From a virus (lineage: Duplodnaviria > Caudoviricetes), in IMG/VR virus record IMGVR_UViG_3300003277_000033, positions 1 through 29,972 of that record: DNA of 29,972 nt. One strand, 5' to 3'. Shown here piece after piece: positions 1 through 9,184 of this stretch. Made by a program: the position numbers and the translations under genes. The notes under the pieces are model-generated. The model did not search any database. It was not told the origin of the DNA and saw only the letters and a program-made list of their open reading frames with translations. Position 1 is the first letter of the stretch; each line of letters begins with the position of its first letter.

Positions 1-1161
1 GATTCAGATGTTACGAAAAGAAACCGCAATGGACAGACTAGTTCAGGACTATATAGTTTGTTCATACCTATGGAATGGTCGTACGAGGGATTCATTGACG
101 CTTATGGGATACCTGTATTCGATACTCCAGCAAAACCAATTAAAGGTATAGATGGGAATTATATAGAATATGGGGTTATTGAACATTGGCAAAATGAAGT
201 TGATGGTTTAAAACAAGATCAAGATGGTTTAAACGAATACTACCGCCAGTTTCCGAGAACAGAACAACACGCATTTAGAGACGAGACAAAACAATCTTTG
301 TTTAATCTTACAAAAATATATGAACAAATAGATTACAATGACGATCTACGAAACTCACAAGTTATAACACAAGGTAGTTTTCAATGGGAGAATGGAATAC
401 AAGATTCAAAGGTTGTATTTTACCCAAGCAAGGAAGGCAGATTTTTAATATCATGGGTTCCACCGAAACATCTTCAAAACCGCGTGATGATAAAGGATGG
501 GCTTAAATATCCAGGCAATGAACACTTAGGTGCATTCGGATGTGATAGTTATGATATATCTGGAACAGTTGATGTAAGAGGATCTAATGGTTCACTTCAC
601 GGGTTAACTAAGTTTTCAATGGAAGACGTTCCACCAAATCATTTCTTTTTAGAATATATAGCTAGGCCGCAAACTTCTGAAATATTTTTTGAAGAGGTTT
701 TAATGGCGCTAGTGTTTTATGGTATGCCAATATTAGCAGAGAATAACAAAGCTAGATTATTATACTATTTAAAGAGAAGAGGTTACAGACACTTCTCAAT
801 GAATAGGCCTGACAAAGTTTGGAACAATTTATCCCCAACAGAAAAAGAGATTGGTGGTATACCTTCAGCTGGACAAGATATAATACAAGCTCACGCATCT
901 GCTATTGAAACGTATATAGAAGATTATGTTGGTTACAAAGAAAACGGATATGGCGATATGTATTTTCAAAAAACATTGAATGATTGGTCTAGATTTAATA
1001 TAAATAATAGAACAAAGCATGATGCAACCATAAGTTCTGGGTTTGCTATAATGGCATGTAACAGACATTTATATTCTCCGTCAACGCCGTATAAAAAAGA
1101 AAAAGTAGAATTAAATTTCAAAAAATATAATAACCGAGGTTATAGTTCACAAATAATATAA
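1..1161 (+). CDS. terL: Terminase large subunit, C-terminal (nuclease) part; 5'-truncated by window edge
   Basis: The frame is open back to base 1 (DSDVTKRNRNGQTSSGLYSLFIPMEW...). RNase H-like acidic motifs GAFGCDSYD, ILAENNK and KHDATISSG are present, plus YYRQFPRTEQHAF. It lies directly upstream of the portal. Confidence 0.88.
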   Translation, partial: DSDVTKRNRNGQTSSGLYSLFIPMEWSYEGFIDAYGIPVFDTPAKPIKGIDGNYIEYGVIEHWQNEVDGLKQDQDGLNEYYRQFPRTEQHAFRDETKQSLFNLTKIYEQIDYNDDLRNSQVITQGSFQWENGIQDSKVVFYPSKEGRFLISWVPPKHLQNRVMIKDGLKYPGNEHLGAFGCDSYDISGTVDVRGSNGSLHGLTKFSMEDVPPNHFFLEYIARPQTSEIFFEEVLMALVFYGMPILAENNKARLLYYLKRRGYRHFSMNRPDKVWNNLSPTEKEIGGIPSAGQDIIQAHASAIETYIEDYVGYKENGYGDMYFQKTLNDWSRFNINNRTKHDATISSGFAIMACNRHLYSPSTPYKKEKVELNFKKYNNRGYSSQII

Positions 1162-1164
1162 TAG

Positions 1165-3582
1165 ATGATTTATACTAACACGAATAGCTCTTTCCCAAGT
1201 CAGGTGGTACCGGACGAAGAAAAACAAACATTAGACTATGGCTATGCAGTAGGTATGGCGATAGAAGGTGAGTGGTTCAGAGGTAATAGAACTAGTCTTG
1301 GAAATGGCAGATGGAGTACCAACTGGCAAACATTCCATAACCTTAAATTATACGCTAGAGGTGAACAAAGCATACAAAAATATAAAGATGAATTATCTAT
1401 TAATGGCGACTTATCTTATTTGAATTTAGACTGGAAACCAATACCAATTATACCAAAGTTTGTTGATATAGTTGTTAACGGTATGTCTAATAAATTATTT
1501 AAAATAAAAACATTTGCACAAGATCCACAATCAGTGGCACAGAAGACTAACTACACTGCTGCATTATTAAGGGATATGAATGCAAAAGATTTGTTGAATG
1601 ATATTCAAGAAAAGTTAGGAGCAAACTTATATAGTACGCCAAACCCAGATTCATTACCAGAAGATAATGAAGAATTAGAAATACATTTACAATTAAATTA
1701 CAAACAAGCTGTTGAAATTGCAGAAGAAGAAGTCATTAATTATGTTTTGAATAAAAACAAATATGACAACATTGCAAAGAGGCTTAATTATGATTTAACA
1801 GTATTAGGTATTGCGTGCGCAAAAACAAACTGGAATGGTTCAAATGGTATCGTTATAGATTATGTAGATCCGGCTAATTTAGTTTATTCATACACTGAAG
1901 ACCCTAACTTTGATGACGTGTACTACGTCGGCGAGGTTAAGTCTATTAGTTTAGAAGAATTAAAGAAAGAGTTCCCTAATTTAACTGATGAAGAATTAAA
2001 GGAAATAGAAAAGTTTCCCGGGACAAATGATTATAGTCGTACATATACAAATCAAAATTACGACACAACTACAATACAAGTTTTATACTTTGAATACAAA
2101 ACATATTCAAATCAAGTGTTTAAAATAAAACAAACAGAACAGGGATTAGAAAAAGCGTTGGTTAAGTCAGATGCATTTAATCCGCCAGCTAATGATAACT
2201 TTAATGTAGTATCAAGAAGTATTGAAGTTCTTTATTCGGGGGCAAAAATACTTGGACATAAAAGAATGCTTAGCTGGGAATTGTCTCAGAATATGACAAG
2301 GCCATTAGCGGATACTACTAAAGTAGACATGAACTACGCTATTTGTGCACCGCGTCTTTATAAAGGAAGAATTGAGTCTATAGTAAGTAGAATTACTTCT
2401 TTTGCTGATATGATCCAAATAACACATCTAAAATTGCAACAGGTGCTTGCTAGAATGGTCCCCGATGGAGTATTCGTTGATGTTGATGGTTTAGCAGAAG
2501 TTGATTTAGGTAATGGTACAAATTACAATCCAGCAGAAGCATTAAATATGTATTTTCAAACTGGTAGTATTGTTGGTAGATCTATGACGCAAGATGGGTC
2601 TGGCAATCCTGGCAAAGTGCCAATTCAGGAGTTACAAACATCGTCAGGTAATGCTAAGATTTCATCGTTAATAAATACATATCAGTATTACTTACAAATG
2701 ATTCGTGATGTAACCGGACTTAATGAAGCAAGAGATGGTTCTATGCCGGATTCCAATTCATTAGTGGGCTTACAAAAAATGGCCGCAGCGAATTCTAATG
2801 TAGCGACCAGACACGTATTAGACGCAAGTTTATATATAACATTAAGAATATGTGAAAATATATCTAAAAGGGTTGGTGATTCATTAAAATTCCCATTAAC
2901 TGCAAATGCTTTGGTGCAAAGTATATCAATATCAAATGTTAAAACGCTAGAAGAATTACAGAACTTAGATATTCACGACTTTGGCATATTCTTAGAATTA
3001 GAGCCAGATGAAGAGGAGAAAGCGCAATTAGAACAAAACATACAAGTTGCTTTGCAATCAGGCGGAATTGACCTTGAAGATGCCATTGATCTAAGAGAAA
3101 TTAATAATCTTAAACTTGCTAACCAATCTTTGAAATATAAGAGAAGAAAAAAACAAGAAAGAGACCAAGCAAACCAGCAAGCAAATATACAAGCACAGGC
3201 CCAGGCAAATTCTCAGACAACAGAAGCAGCCGCATTAGCTGAAGTGCAAAAACAACAGGCTTTAGCTCAGACTGAAATTCAAAAGATGCAAGCAAAGAAT
3301 CAATTTGAAATTCAAAGAATGGAGCATGAAGCGCAACTTAAAAAGTTGTTAATGGCGGAAGAGTTTAAATATCAAATGCAATTAGCTCAGGTTAATGCTC
3401 AAGTGCAACAATCAAAACTTAATACTATTGAGGATCGTAAAGACAATAGATTAAAAACAACAGCAACACAACAATCAGAGCTAATAGACCAAAGACAAAA
3501 TAAAACAATGCCTAAAGACTTTGAGTCTGCTGGTTTCGACAATATGGGTGGATTTGATTTAGCTCAGTTTGAACCAAAATAA
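1165..3582 (+). CDS. Portal protein (805 aa)
   Basis: Follows terminase. Size and motifs (SFPSQ, PIIPKFVDIVVNG, IRDVTGLNEARDG) match crAss-like/Bacteroidetes phage portals. The long Q/A-rich C-terminal coiled coil fits a portal barrel. Confidence 0.85.
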   Translation: MIYTNTNSSFPSQVVPDEEKQTLDYGYAVGMAIEGEWFRGNRTSLGNGRWSTNWQTFHNLKLYARGEQSIQKYKDELSINGDLSYLNLDWKPIPIIPKFVDIVVNGMSNKLFKIKTFAQDPQSVAQKTNYTAALLRDMNAKDLLNDIQEKLGANLYSTPNPDSLPEDNEELEIHLQLNYKQAVEIAEEEVINYVLNKNKYDNIAKRLNYDLTVLGIACAKTNWNGSNGIVIDYVDPANLVYSYTEDPNFDDVYYVGEVKSISLEELKKEFPNLTDEELKEIEKFPGTNDYSRTYTNQNYDTTTIQVLYFEYKTYSNQVFKIKQTEQGLEKALVKSDAFNPPANDNFNVVSRSIEVLYSGAKILGHKRMLSWELSQNMTRPLADTTKVDMNYAICAPRLYKGRIESIVSRITSFADMIQITHLKLQQVLARMVPDGVFVDVDGLAEVDLGNGTNYNPAEALNMYFQTGSIVGRSMTQDGSGNPGKVPIQELQTSSGNAKISSLINTYQYYLQMIRDVTGLNEARDGSMPDSNSLVGLQKMAAANSNVATRHVLDASLYITLRICENISKRVGDSLKFPLTANALVQSISISNVKTLEELQNLDIHDFGIFLELEPDEEEKAQLEQNIQVALQSGGIDLEDAIDLREINNLKLANQSLKYKRRKKQERDQANQQANIQAQAQANSQTTEAAALAEVQKQQALAQTEIQKMQAKNQFEIQRMEHEAQLKKLLMAEEFKYQMQLAQVNAQVQQSKLNTIEDRKDNRLKTTATQQSELIDQRQNKTMPKDFESAGFDNMGGFDLAQFEPK

Positions 3583-3603
3583 ATTTTATCAATCAATCTT
3601 ATA

Positions 3604-3619
3604 ATATTATATCATGTCA
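3604..3619 (+). promoter_or_regulatory. 16-nt motif ATATTATATCATGTCA spanning the start codon (copy 1)
   Basis: The identical 16-mer occurs at 6413-6428 in the same register relative to ATG. Confidence 0.45.
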
Positions 3620-4828
3620 GAACAAATTAAAACAGAAGGCGAATTCAAAGTAAAAAAACAAACGCCAAGGAAATTAAATAAAGTGGATCAGATTACGAAG
3701 GTTATAATCAAAGAAGATGAACCTATCGTAGCGAAAGAACCTGAAGTAACAAAAGTATTTATTCCTAGCGGAACAGAAACAACAGATACCATTCAAGAGC
3801 AAAACGCAAACGGAAGCCTGTTAGGTAGCGAAGGATCCAAAGCGGGACCGCGAGAAGTAGCCCAAGGAAACGAAGAATCTAAAATCGTTACCAGTCAAGA
3901 AGAAGTAACTGTAATAAACGAAATTACAGAAGAAGAAATTCAGCAAGAGACCACGAGTTTAGCGCAGGAAGTAAAGGATGCAATAAGAGCGTCTGAATAT
4001 TCTGGCAAACCGCTACCTGAGAACATAGAGAAACTTATTTCTTTTATGGAAGAAACCGGGGGTGATATTAACGACTATGTTAGGCTAAATGCCGACTACT
4101 CAAATGTAAATAACGAAACCTTATTAAAGGAATATTATAAAAAAACACGTCCACATTTAGACAATGAAGAGATTGAATTCCTTATGGAAGACAACTTTGA
4201 ATATGACGAAGAGTTGGATGAAGAGCGAGATATTCGTAAAAAGAAACTCGCTTTCAAAGAAGAGGTTGCAAAAGCAAGAATCTTTTTAGACGGGCTTAAA
4301 AGTAAATATTACGAGGAAATCAAGTTGAGACCTGGTATTACACAAGACCAACAAAAAGCAAACGACTTTTTTAACCGCTATAATGAAGAGCAACAAATAG
4401 TGGAGTTGCAGCATTCAAAATTTAAAGACGACACTAAAAACTTATTCAACCAAGATTTCAAAGGTTTTGATTTTAATTTGGGAGATAAAAATTTTAGATA
4501 TGGCGTTGCTAATAAAGATGTTGTAGCAGACAAACAATCAAACATAACTAATCTAGTTAAGAAGTTCTTAAATGATAAAGGAGATGTTGTAGATTTGAAA
4601 GGGTATCATAAAGCCATGTATGCCGCTGATAATGTGGACACGATTGCAAAACACTTTTACGAGCAGGGTAAAGCCGACGCAATAAAAGAAGTTGTTGCAA
4701 AATCCAATAATATATCAACTGAGCCTAGGCAAACTAGTTCAGGGGAAATATTTGTTGGAGGAATACGTGTTAAAGCAATTAACGGTGTTGATTCTTCAAA
4801 ATTGAAAATACAAACAAGAAAATTTTAA
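3614..4828 (+). CDS. Putative capsid scaffolding/assembly protein (404 aa)
   Basis: Lies between portal and MCP. Very acidic low-complexity N-terminal half, helical/coiled-coil C-terminal half, short basic C-terminus (SSKLKIQTRKF). Confidence 0.65.
   Translation: MSEQIKTEGEFKVKKQTPRKLNKVDQITKVIIKEDEPIVAKEPEVTKVFIPSGTETTDTIQEQNANGSLLGSEGSKAGPREVAQGNEESKIVTSQEEVTVINEITEEEIQQETTSLAQEVKDAIRASEYSGKPLPENIEKLISFMEETGGDINDYVRLNADYSNVNNETLLKEYYKKTRPHLDNEEIEFLMEDNFEYDEELDEERDIRKKKLAFKEEVAKARIFLDGLKSKYYEEIKLRPGITQDQQKANDFFNRYNEEQQIVELQHSKFKDDTKNLFNQDFKGFDFNLGDKNFRYGVANKDVVADKQSNITNLVKKFLNDKGDVVDLKGYHKAMYAADNVDTIAKHFYEQGKADAIKEVVAKSNNISTEPRQTSSGEIFVGGIRVKAINGVDSSKLKIQTRKF
3786..3908 (+). pseudogene. Decayed overlapping small ORF (MPFKSKAQ-like basic peptide) in the +1 frame of the scaffold gene
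   Basis: The +1 frame reads IPFKSKTQTEAC*VAKDPKRDREK*PKETKNLKSLPVKKK*. ATA stands where ATG is expected, and two TAG codons (3822, 3858) stand where Trp would be expected from recalled MPFKSKAQ...W..ET...LP.KK phage peptides. Confidence 0.5.
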
Positions 4829-4845
4829 CATTAAATTAAAAAATT

Positions 4846-6336
4846 ATGGCAGTAATAACGCCTTCTCCAGCATTTGGTGCACTTATACCAAGTCAGACTC
4901 AAACTCCTAATCCAGGAAGTTATTTAACATTTGATTCCGCCTCAGGTGGGGGGACATTTGCAAAACAGTATTTACCAGAAATCTACGAACAAGAAGTAGA
5001 GAGATATGGTAATAGAACATTATCAGGATTCCTTCGTATGGTTGGAGCTGAAATGCCTATGCAATCTGATCAAGTTATTTGGTCTGAGCAAAATAGATTA
5101 CATGTTGCTTACAAAAACGTAACAATCGTTTCAGCAACAACTTTTAAATTTACAGTAGGTAGTGTTACTGATGGTAACGTTACGGCTACAGTTACAAACG
5201 TTTTATCAAAAAATCAAACAGTAGTTATTATTAATCCAGCAACTGGGCGTGAAGTAAAAGCTATTATTACAGCGGTTGGCGCAGTAGTTTCAAATGAAGT
5301 TACAATTACAGTTGCTCCTTATTTATCAGCTTCTATTGTAACTGGTTCAGACGGGACTAATGGTATTCCGCTAACGACAGCTAGTTGTAGAGTATTCGTT
5401 TATGGTTCTGAATATGCTAAAGGATCTACTTTAACAAACGATTCTTACCTTAGTATTGACCCGTCTTTTACTCAATTTAACAATTCCCCTATTATAATCC
5501 GTAATAAATATACTATTAACGGATCTGATATGGCTCAAATTGGATGGGTAGAAGTTGCTACAGAAGCAGGCGCAAGCGGTTTCTTATGGTATCTAAAAGC
5601 AGAATCTGAAACTAGATTACGTTTTGAAGATTACTTGGAAATGGCGGTAATTGAAGGTGAAATTGCTTCTACAACACCTGGGGCTGCTGGAGATACAACC
5701 AATAAGAAAAAAGGTACTGAAGGTCTTTTTGCGTCTGTTAAGAAACGAGGAAATACAGTTGCTGCTTTTGGCGGTACTGCAGCAGAAAATTTAACTAGTT
5801 TTGATAATATCTTAAAAAATCTAGATACCCAAGGAGCTATTGAAGAGAATATGCTTTTCCTTAATAGAGCTACCTCTTTAGAAATTGACACAATGTTAGC
5901 TGGGCAGAATTCTTATGGGTCAGGAGGCACTTCTTTTGGCGTATTTGAAAACTCTGAGCAAATGTCACTTAACTTAGGATTTACAGGCTTCCGTAGAGGG
6001 TCTTATGATTTCTATAAAACTGACTGGAAATACCTAAATGACGCTTCTACAAGAGGTGGTCTTGCTAGTGTAGGAGGCAATATTGATGGAGTTTTAGTTC
6101 CTGCGGGCACATCTACTGTATACGACCAACAATTAGGAACTAACATCCGTCGCCCATTCTTGCACGTTCGTTATAGAGCTTCACAAGCTGATGACCGTAA
6201 AATGAAGACTTGGGTATTAGGTTCTGCTGGTGGGGCTTATACTTCAGATACAGACGCAATGGAAGTACACTTCTTGTCTGAAAGATGTTTATGCGTACAA
6301 GGAGCAAACAATTTTGTATTGTTTACCGCAGTATAG
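4846..6336 (+). CDS. Major capsid protein (496 aa, HK97 fold, crAss-like type)
   Basis: Follows the scaffold. Motifs QYLPEIYEQEVERYGNR, WSEQNRLH, GTEGLFA, LGFTGFRRGSYDFYK, HFLSERCL. A beta-rich insertion follows the E-loop region. A strong downstream hairpin is present. Confidence 0.88.
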   Translation: MAVITPSPAFGALIPSQTQTPNPGSYLTFDSASGGGTFAKQYLPEIYEQEVERYGNRTLSGFLRMVGAEMPMQSDQVIWSEQNRLHVAYKNVTIVSATTFKFTVGSVTDGNVTATVTNVLSKNQTVVIINPATGREVKAIITAVGAVVSNEVTITVAPYLSASIVTGSDGTNGIPLTTASCRVFVYGSEYAKGSTLTNDSYLSIDPSFTQFNNSPIIIRNKYTINGSDMAQIGWVEVATEAGASGFLWYLKAESETRLRFEDYLEMAVIEGEIASTTPGAAGDTTNKKKGTEGLFASVKKRGNTVAAFGGTAAENLTSFDNILKNLDTQGAIEENMLFLNRATSLEIDTMLAGQNSYGSGGTSFGVFENSEQMSLNLGFTGFRRGSYDFYKTDWKYLNDASTRGGLASVGGNIDGVLVPAGTSTVYDQQLGTNIRRPFLHVRYRASQADDRKMKTWVLGSAGGAYTSDTDAMEVHFLSERCLCVQGANNFVLFTAV

Positions 6337-6348
6337 TAATAAATAAAT

Positions 6349-6388
6349 GTAAATTTACCCTCACGGCAATAGTGAGGGTAATATTTAC
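6349..6388 (+). terminator. Stem-loop after MCP gene (terminator or mRNA-stabilising hairpin)
   Basis: TTACCCTCAC (6355-6364) pairs with GTGAGGGTAA (6372-6381), extended by GTAAAT/ATTTAC. There is no clean U-tract. Confidence 0.65.
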
Positions 6389-6412
6389 TAAATAAAAATA
6401 ATAATAAAAATT

Positions 6413-6428
6413 ATATTATATCATGTCA
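6413..6428 (+). promoter_or_regulatory. 16-nt motif ATATTATATCATGTCA spanning the start codon (copy 2)
   Basis: Identical to 3604-3619. Confidence 0.45.
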
Positions 6429-7190
6429 ACAAAAGAAAAAGAACCGTTAAAAGTAAATTGGGAAATAAAAGATAGAACTTATATATTAAGTACAGGCTAT
6501 AATCCATTAACCCACACAATTCAATCAAAGCACTCATCCAGATATCCGTTTTTATGGTTTGATCCAGAAACAAAAGAGCAAAGAGAGTTAAGGTATGCCA
6601 CAAACCAGAATTCGCCATTTAAAGATGAGCAAAAAGGAGAATCTACAATGGGGCATATTGTATTTGAAGATGGCGCATTATTTGTTCCTAAAGAAAAACA
6701 AAATTTACAAAAACTATTATCAATATATCATCCAGCAAAAAGCAATTCATACTATGAATTAGATGCAGTAGCAGATGCAGCGGATGAACTAGAAGATCTA
6801 GAATTAGAAATCAATGCCCTCAATATGGCAATGAATATTGAAATTGACCAGGCGGAAGCAATATTAAGAGTAGAGCTAGGTTCTAGGGTTACATCGATGA
6901 CTTCTAAGGAACTAAAAAGAGATTTACTATTATTTGCCCGTAACAATCCAGGTTTGTTCTTAGAACTAGCCAGTGACGATAATGTTCAACTGCGTAATGT
7001 AGCAATTAGAGCAGCTGAAGCGGGTATTATAAAACTTTCACAAGACCAGCGTACATTTACGTGGGGAACTAATGATAAAAAATTAATGACAGTGCCTTTT
7101 GATGAAAATCCATACTCAGCAATGGCAGCATTCTTTAAGACAGACGAAGGAGTAGAAATCTTTAAGTCTATAGAGAAAAAACTTAAATAA
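6423..7190 (+). CDS. Conserved phage protein downstream of MCP (255 aa), probable virion/assembly protein
   Basis: Long ORF with phage-like codon usage in the structural operon. No catalytic motif recognised. Confidence 0.6.
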   Translation: MSTKEKEPLKVNWEIKDRTYILSTGYNPLTHTIQSKHSSRYPFLWFDPETKEQRELRYATNQNSPFKDEQKGESTMGHIVFEDGALFVPKEKQNLQKLLSIYHPAKSNSYYELDAVADAADELEDLELEINALNMAMNIEIDQAEAILRVELGSRVTSMTSKELKRDLLLFARNNPGLFLELASDDNVQLRNVAIRAAEAGIIKLSQDQRTFTWGTNDKKLMTVPFDENPYSAMAAFFKTDEGVEIFKSIEKKLK

Positions 7191-7207
7191 TACGTAATAC
7201 TAATATA

Positions 7208-7250
7208 TAGGCGGATATTGTAAATAAAACTGCAGTATCCGCTTATTTAT
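7208..7250 (+). terminator. Putative intrinsic terminator/hairpin
   Basis: TAGGCGGATATTGTA ... TGCAGTATCCGCTTA stem with G-U pairs, followed by TTTAT. It is intergenic. Confidence 0.55.
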
Positions 7251-7266
7251 TATAAAAATATAGCAA

Positions 7267-7959
7267 ATGGCAGTAAGTGTAGATACAGTTTATAGAACAG
7301 TTTTATTAATACTTAATAAAGAACAAAGAGGGTATATGACACCTGATGAGTTTAATAAAATTGGCACCCAAGTACAACTTGAAATATATTCAAAATATTT
7401 TGAGGACCTAAATCAATTACTTAGAGTTCCCCAAACTGATTTAGATTATGCTGATCGCGTAGATTTGCTTGATGAAAAAATGGCTATATTTAAAAGAAGC
7501 CAATCTTTATCATCACCAACTTCAGACGGATATACTTTACCTACCGATTTACAAGAGTTGGGCAGCGTTGTATACAATAGCACAGAAATGCAAAGAGTTC
7601 AGAGAAATGAGTTCTATAATCTTTACAGATCAAAACTTACAAAGCCTTCAAGTTCTTATCCAATATACTTATACGAGAATAGTCTTGTAAAAGTATATCC
7701 GGAAACTATAACTTCGGGAGTTAGCGTTAACTATTTAAAATTTCCAACCCCAATTGTTTGGGGATTTACTGTTAATAATAATTTGGGTAATTATGTATAT
7801 AGCTCCTCGTTGTCTACAAACTTTGAATTACACCAATCCGAGCAAACAGAATTAGTAATAAGAATATTAGAGTATGCAGGTATTGTTATTAGAGATCCTC
7901 AAGTTATTCAAATAGCAGCACAAAAAGTACAACAGGATAATATGAATGAAAAACAATAA
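7267..7959 (+). CDS. Head-tail adaptor / tail ring (tubular) protein (230 aa)
   Basis: Helical N-terminus (ILNKEQRGYMTPDEFN), YTLPTDL motif, VNYLKFP, FELHQSEQTELV. This pattern fits P22 gp4-like/crAss ring proteins. Confidence 0.65.
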   Translation: MAVSVDTVYRTVLLILNKEQRGYMTPDEFNKIGTQVQLEIYSKYFEDLNQLLRVPQTDLDYADRVDLLDEKMAIFKRSQSLSSPTSDGYTLPTDLQELGSVVYNSTEMQRVQRNEFYNLYRSKLTKPSSSYPIYLYENSLVKVYPETITSGVSVNYLKFPTPIVWGFTVNNNLGNYVYSSSLSTNFELHQSEQTELVIRILEYAGIVIRDPQVIQIAAQKVQQDNMNEKQ

Positions 7960-7965
7960 TAAGAT

Positions 7966-9180
7966 ATGGCACTTCTAAATAATGGCATAATAACTGAAAG
8001 TAATAGACAATATTATGAAGGCGCACAAAGCATAACATTAACAGGCACGACTTATGGCCTTGTTTTTGAAGGCTTTGATACTCCATTCGTTTTATATACT
8101 ATGGATGTTAATGATGATAATTATGCACTTAACAACTTTAAATTATATAAGAGTACTGACAACGGTCTAACTTTTAATGAGGATTTTACAGCACAACAAA
8201 TATATAATGGTAATACCATATATATAAATTCAAGCGGATCTGCGGGTGATATATATACCGTACAATTAAAAAGATTAGAAGGAGGTAAATATGGCGACAA
8301 TGACGCATTCGGTACTGTTGTTGAAGAAAACTATGGTAGCTACGCTTATATTACATTAGACGATATTATAAATAACTTTCTTATCGCCTACGTTGGAGCG
8401 GGGAAATTAATATCTGACGTTAAACGTACAGATGTAATATTCCATGCCAAACGTGGCATGCAGGAGTTTAGTTACGACACTTTAAGAAGTATAAAATCTC
8501 AAGAGTTAACTATACCTCCAAGTCTAAACGTAATAATACCACAAGACTACGTGAACTACGTTAAGATCTCCCGTATTGATGGAAATGGGGTTAAGCATAT
8601 TATATATCCTGGTATGTTAAATGGTTCGCCATATACAATGCCAATCCAAGACACGGAAGGAATACCGGTACAAGATACTTTCGACACTAATATAACAGGC
8701 ACTTCTATAATGGAGGAGCGCTGGAAAGCCGACAAGCCCACATCAAACCAAGTTAGAGATAGATTATCTAGTTTGAACTTTAATGATCAAGGAGCAAATA
8801 CCTATAATTACCTAGGACAGCGATACGGTATGGATACTGCAAATGCTAATTTTAACGGAACTTTCATTATGAATGATAGAGAAGGTAAAATATCATTTAG
8901 TAGTGATCTAGTTGGATCATTAATACTATTAGAATATATTTCAGATGGGTTAGCTTATGATTTAGATACAAGAGTGCCTAAAATGGCAGAAGAAGCTTTA
9001 TATGCTCATATTATACACGCTATATTATCCACAAGGTCTAATCAACCTGAATATGTGGTGCAAAGATTAAAACAAGAAAAATTTGCTAAACTAAGAAATG
9101 CTAAACTAAGATTATCTAATATTAAATTAGAAGAATTTACAAAAGCATTACGAGGTCAATATAAATGGATTAAACATTAA
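7966..9180 (+). CDS. Second tail ring/adaptor structural protein (404 aa)
   Basis: The C-terminal part has a ring-protein-like pattern (IPQDYVNYVKIS, LEYISDG, VPKMAEEALY, AKLRL), with a beta-rich variable N-terminal domain. It lies before the nozzle gene. Confidence 0.6.
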   Translation: MALLNNGIITESNRQYYEGAQSITLTGTTYGLVFEGFDTPFVLYTMDVNDDNYALNNFKLYKSTDNGLTFNEDFTAQQIYNGNTIYINSSGSAGDIYTVQLKRLEGGKYGDNDAFGTVVEENYGSYAYITLDDIINNFLIAYVGAGKLISDVKRTDVIFHAKRGMQEFSYDTLRSIKSQELTIPPSLNVIIPQDYVNYVKISRIDGNGVKHIIYPGMLNGSPYTMPIQDTEGIPVQDTFDTNITGTSIMEERWKADKPTSNQVRDRLSSLNFNDQGANTYNYLGQRYGMDTANANFNGTFIMNDREGKISFSSDLVGSLILLEYISDGLAYDLDTRVPKMAEEALYAHIIHAILSTRSNQPEYVVQRLKQEKFAKLRNAKLRLSNIKLEEFTKALRGQYKWIKH

Positions 9181-9184
9181 ATAG

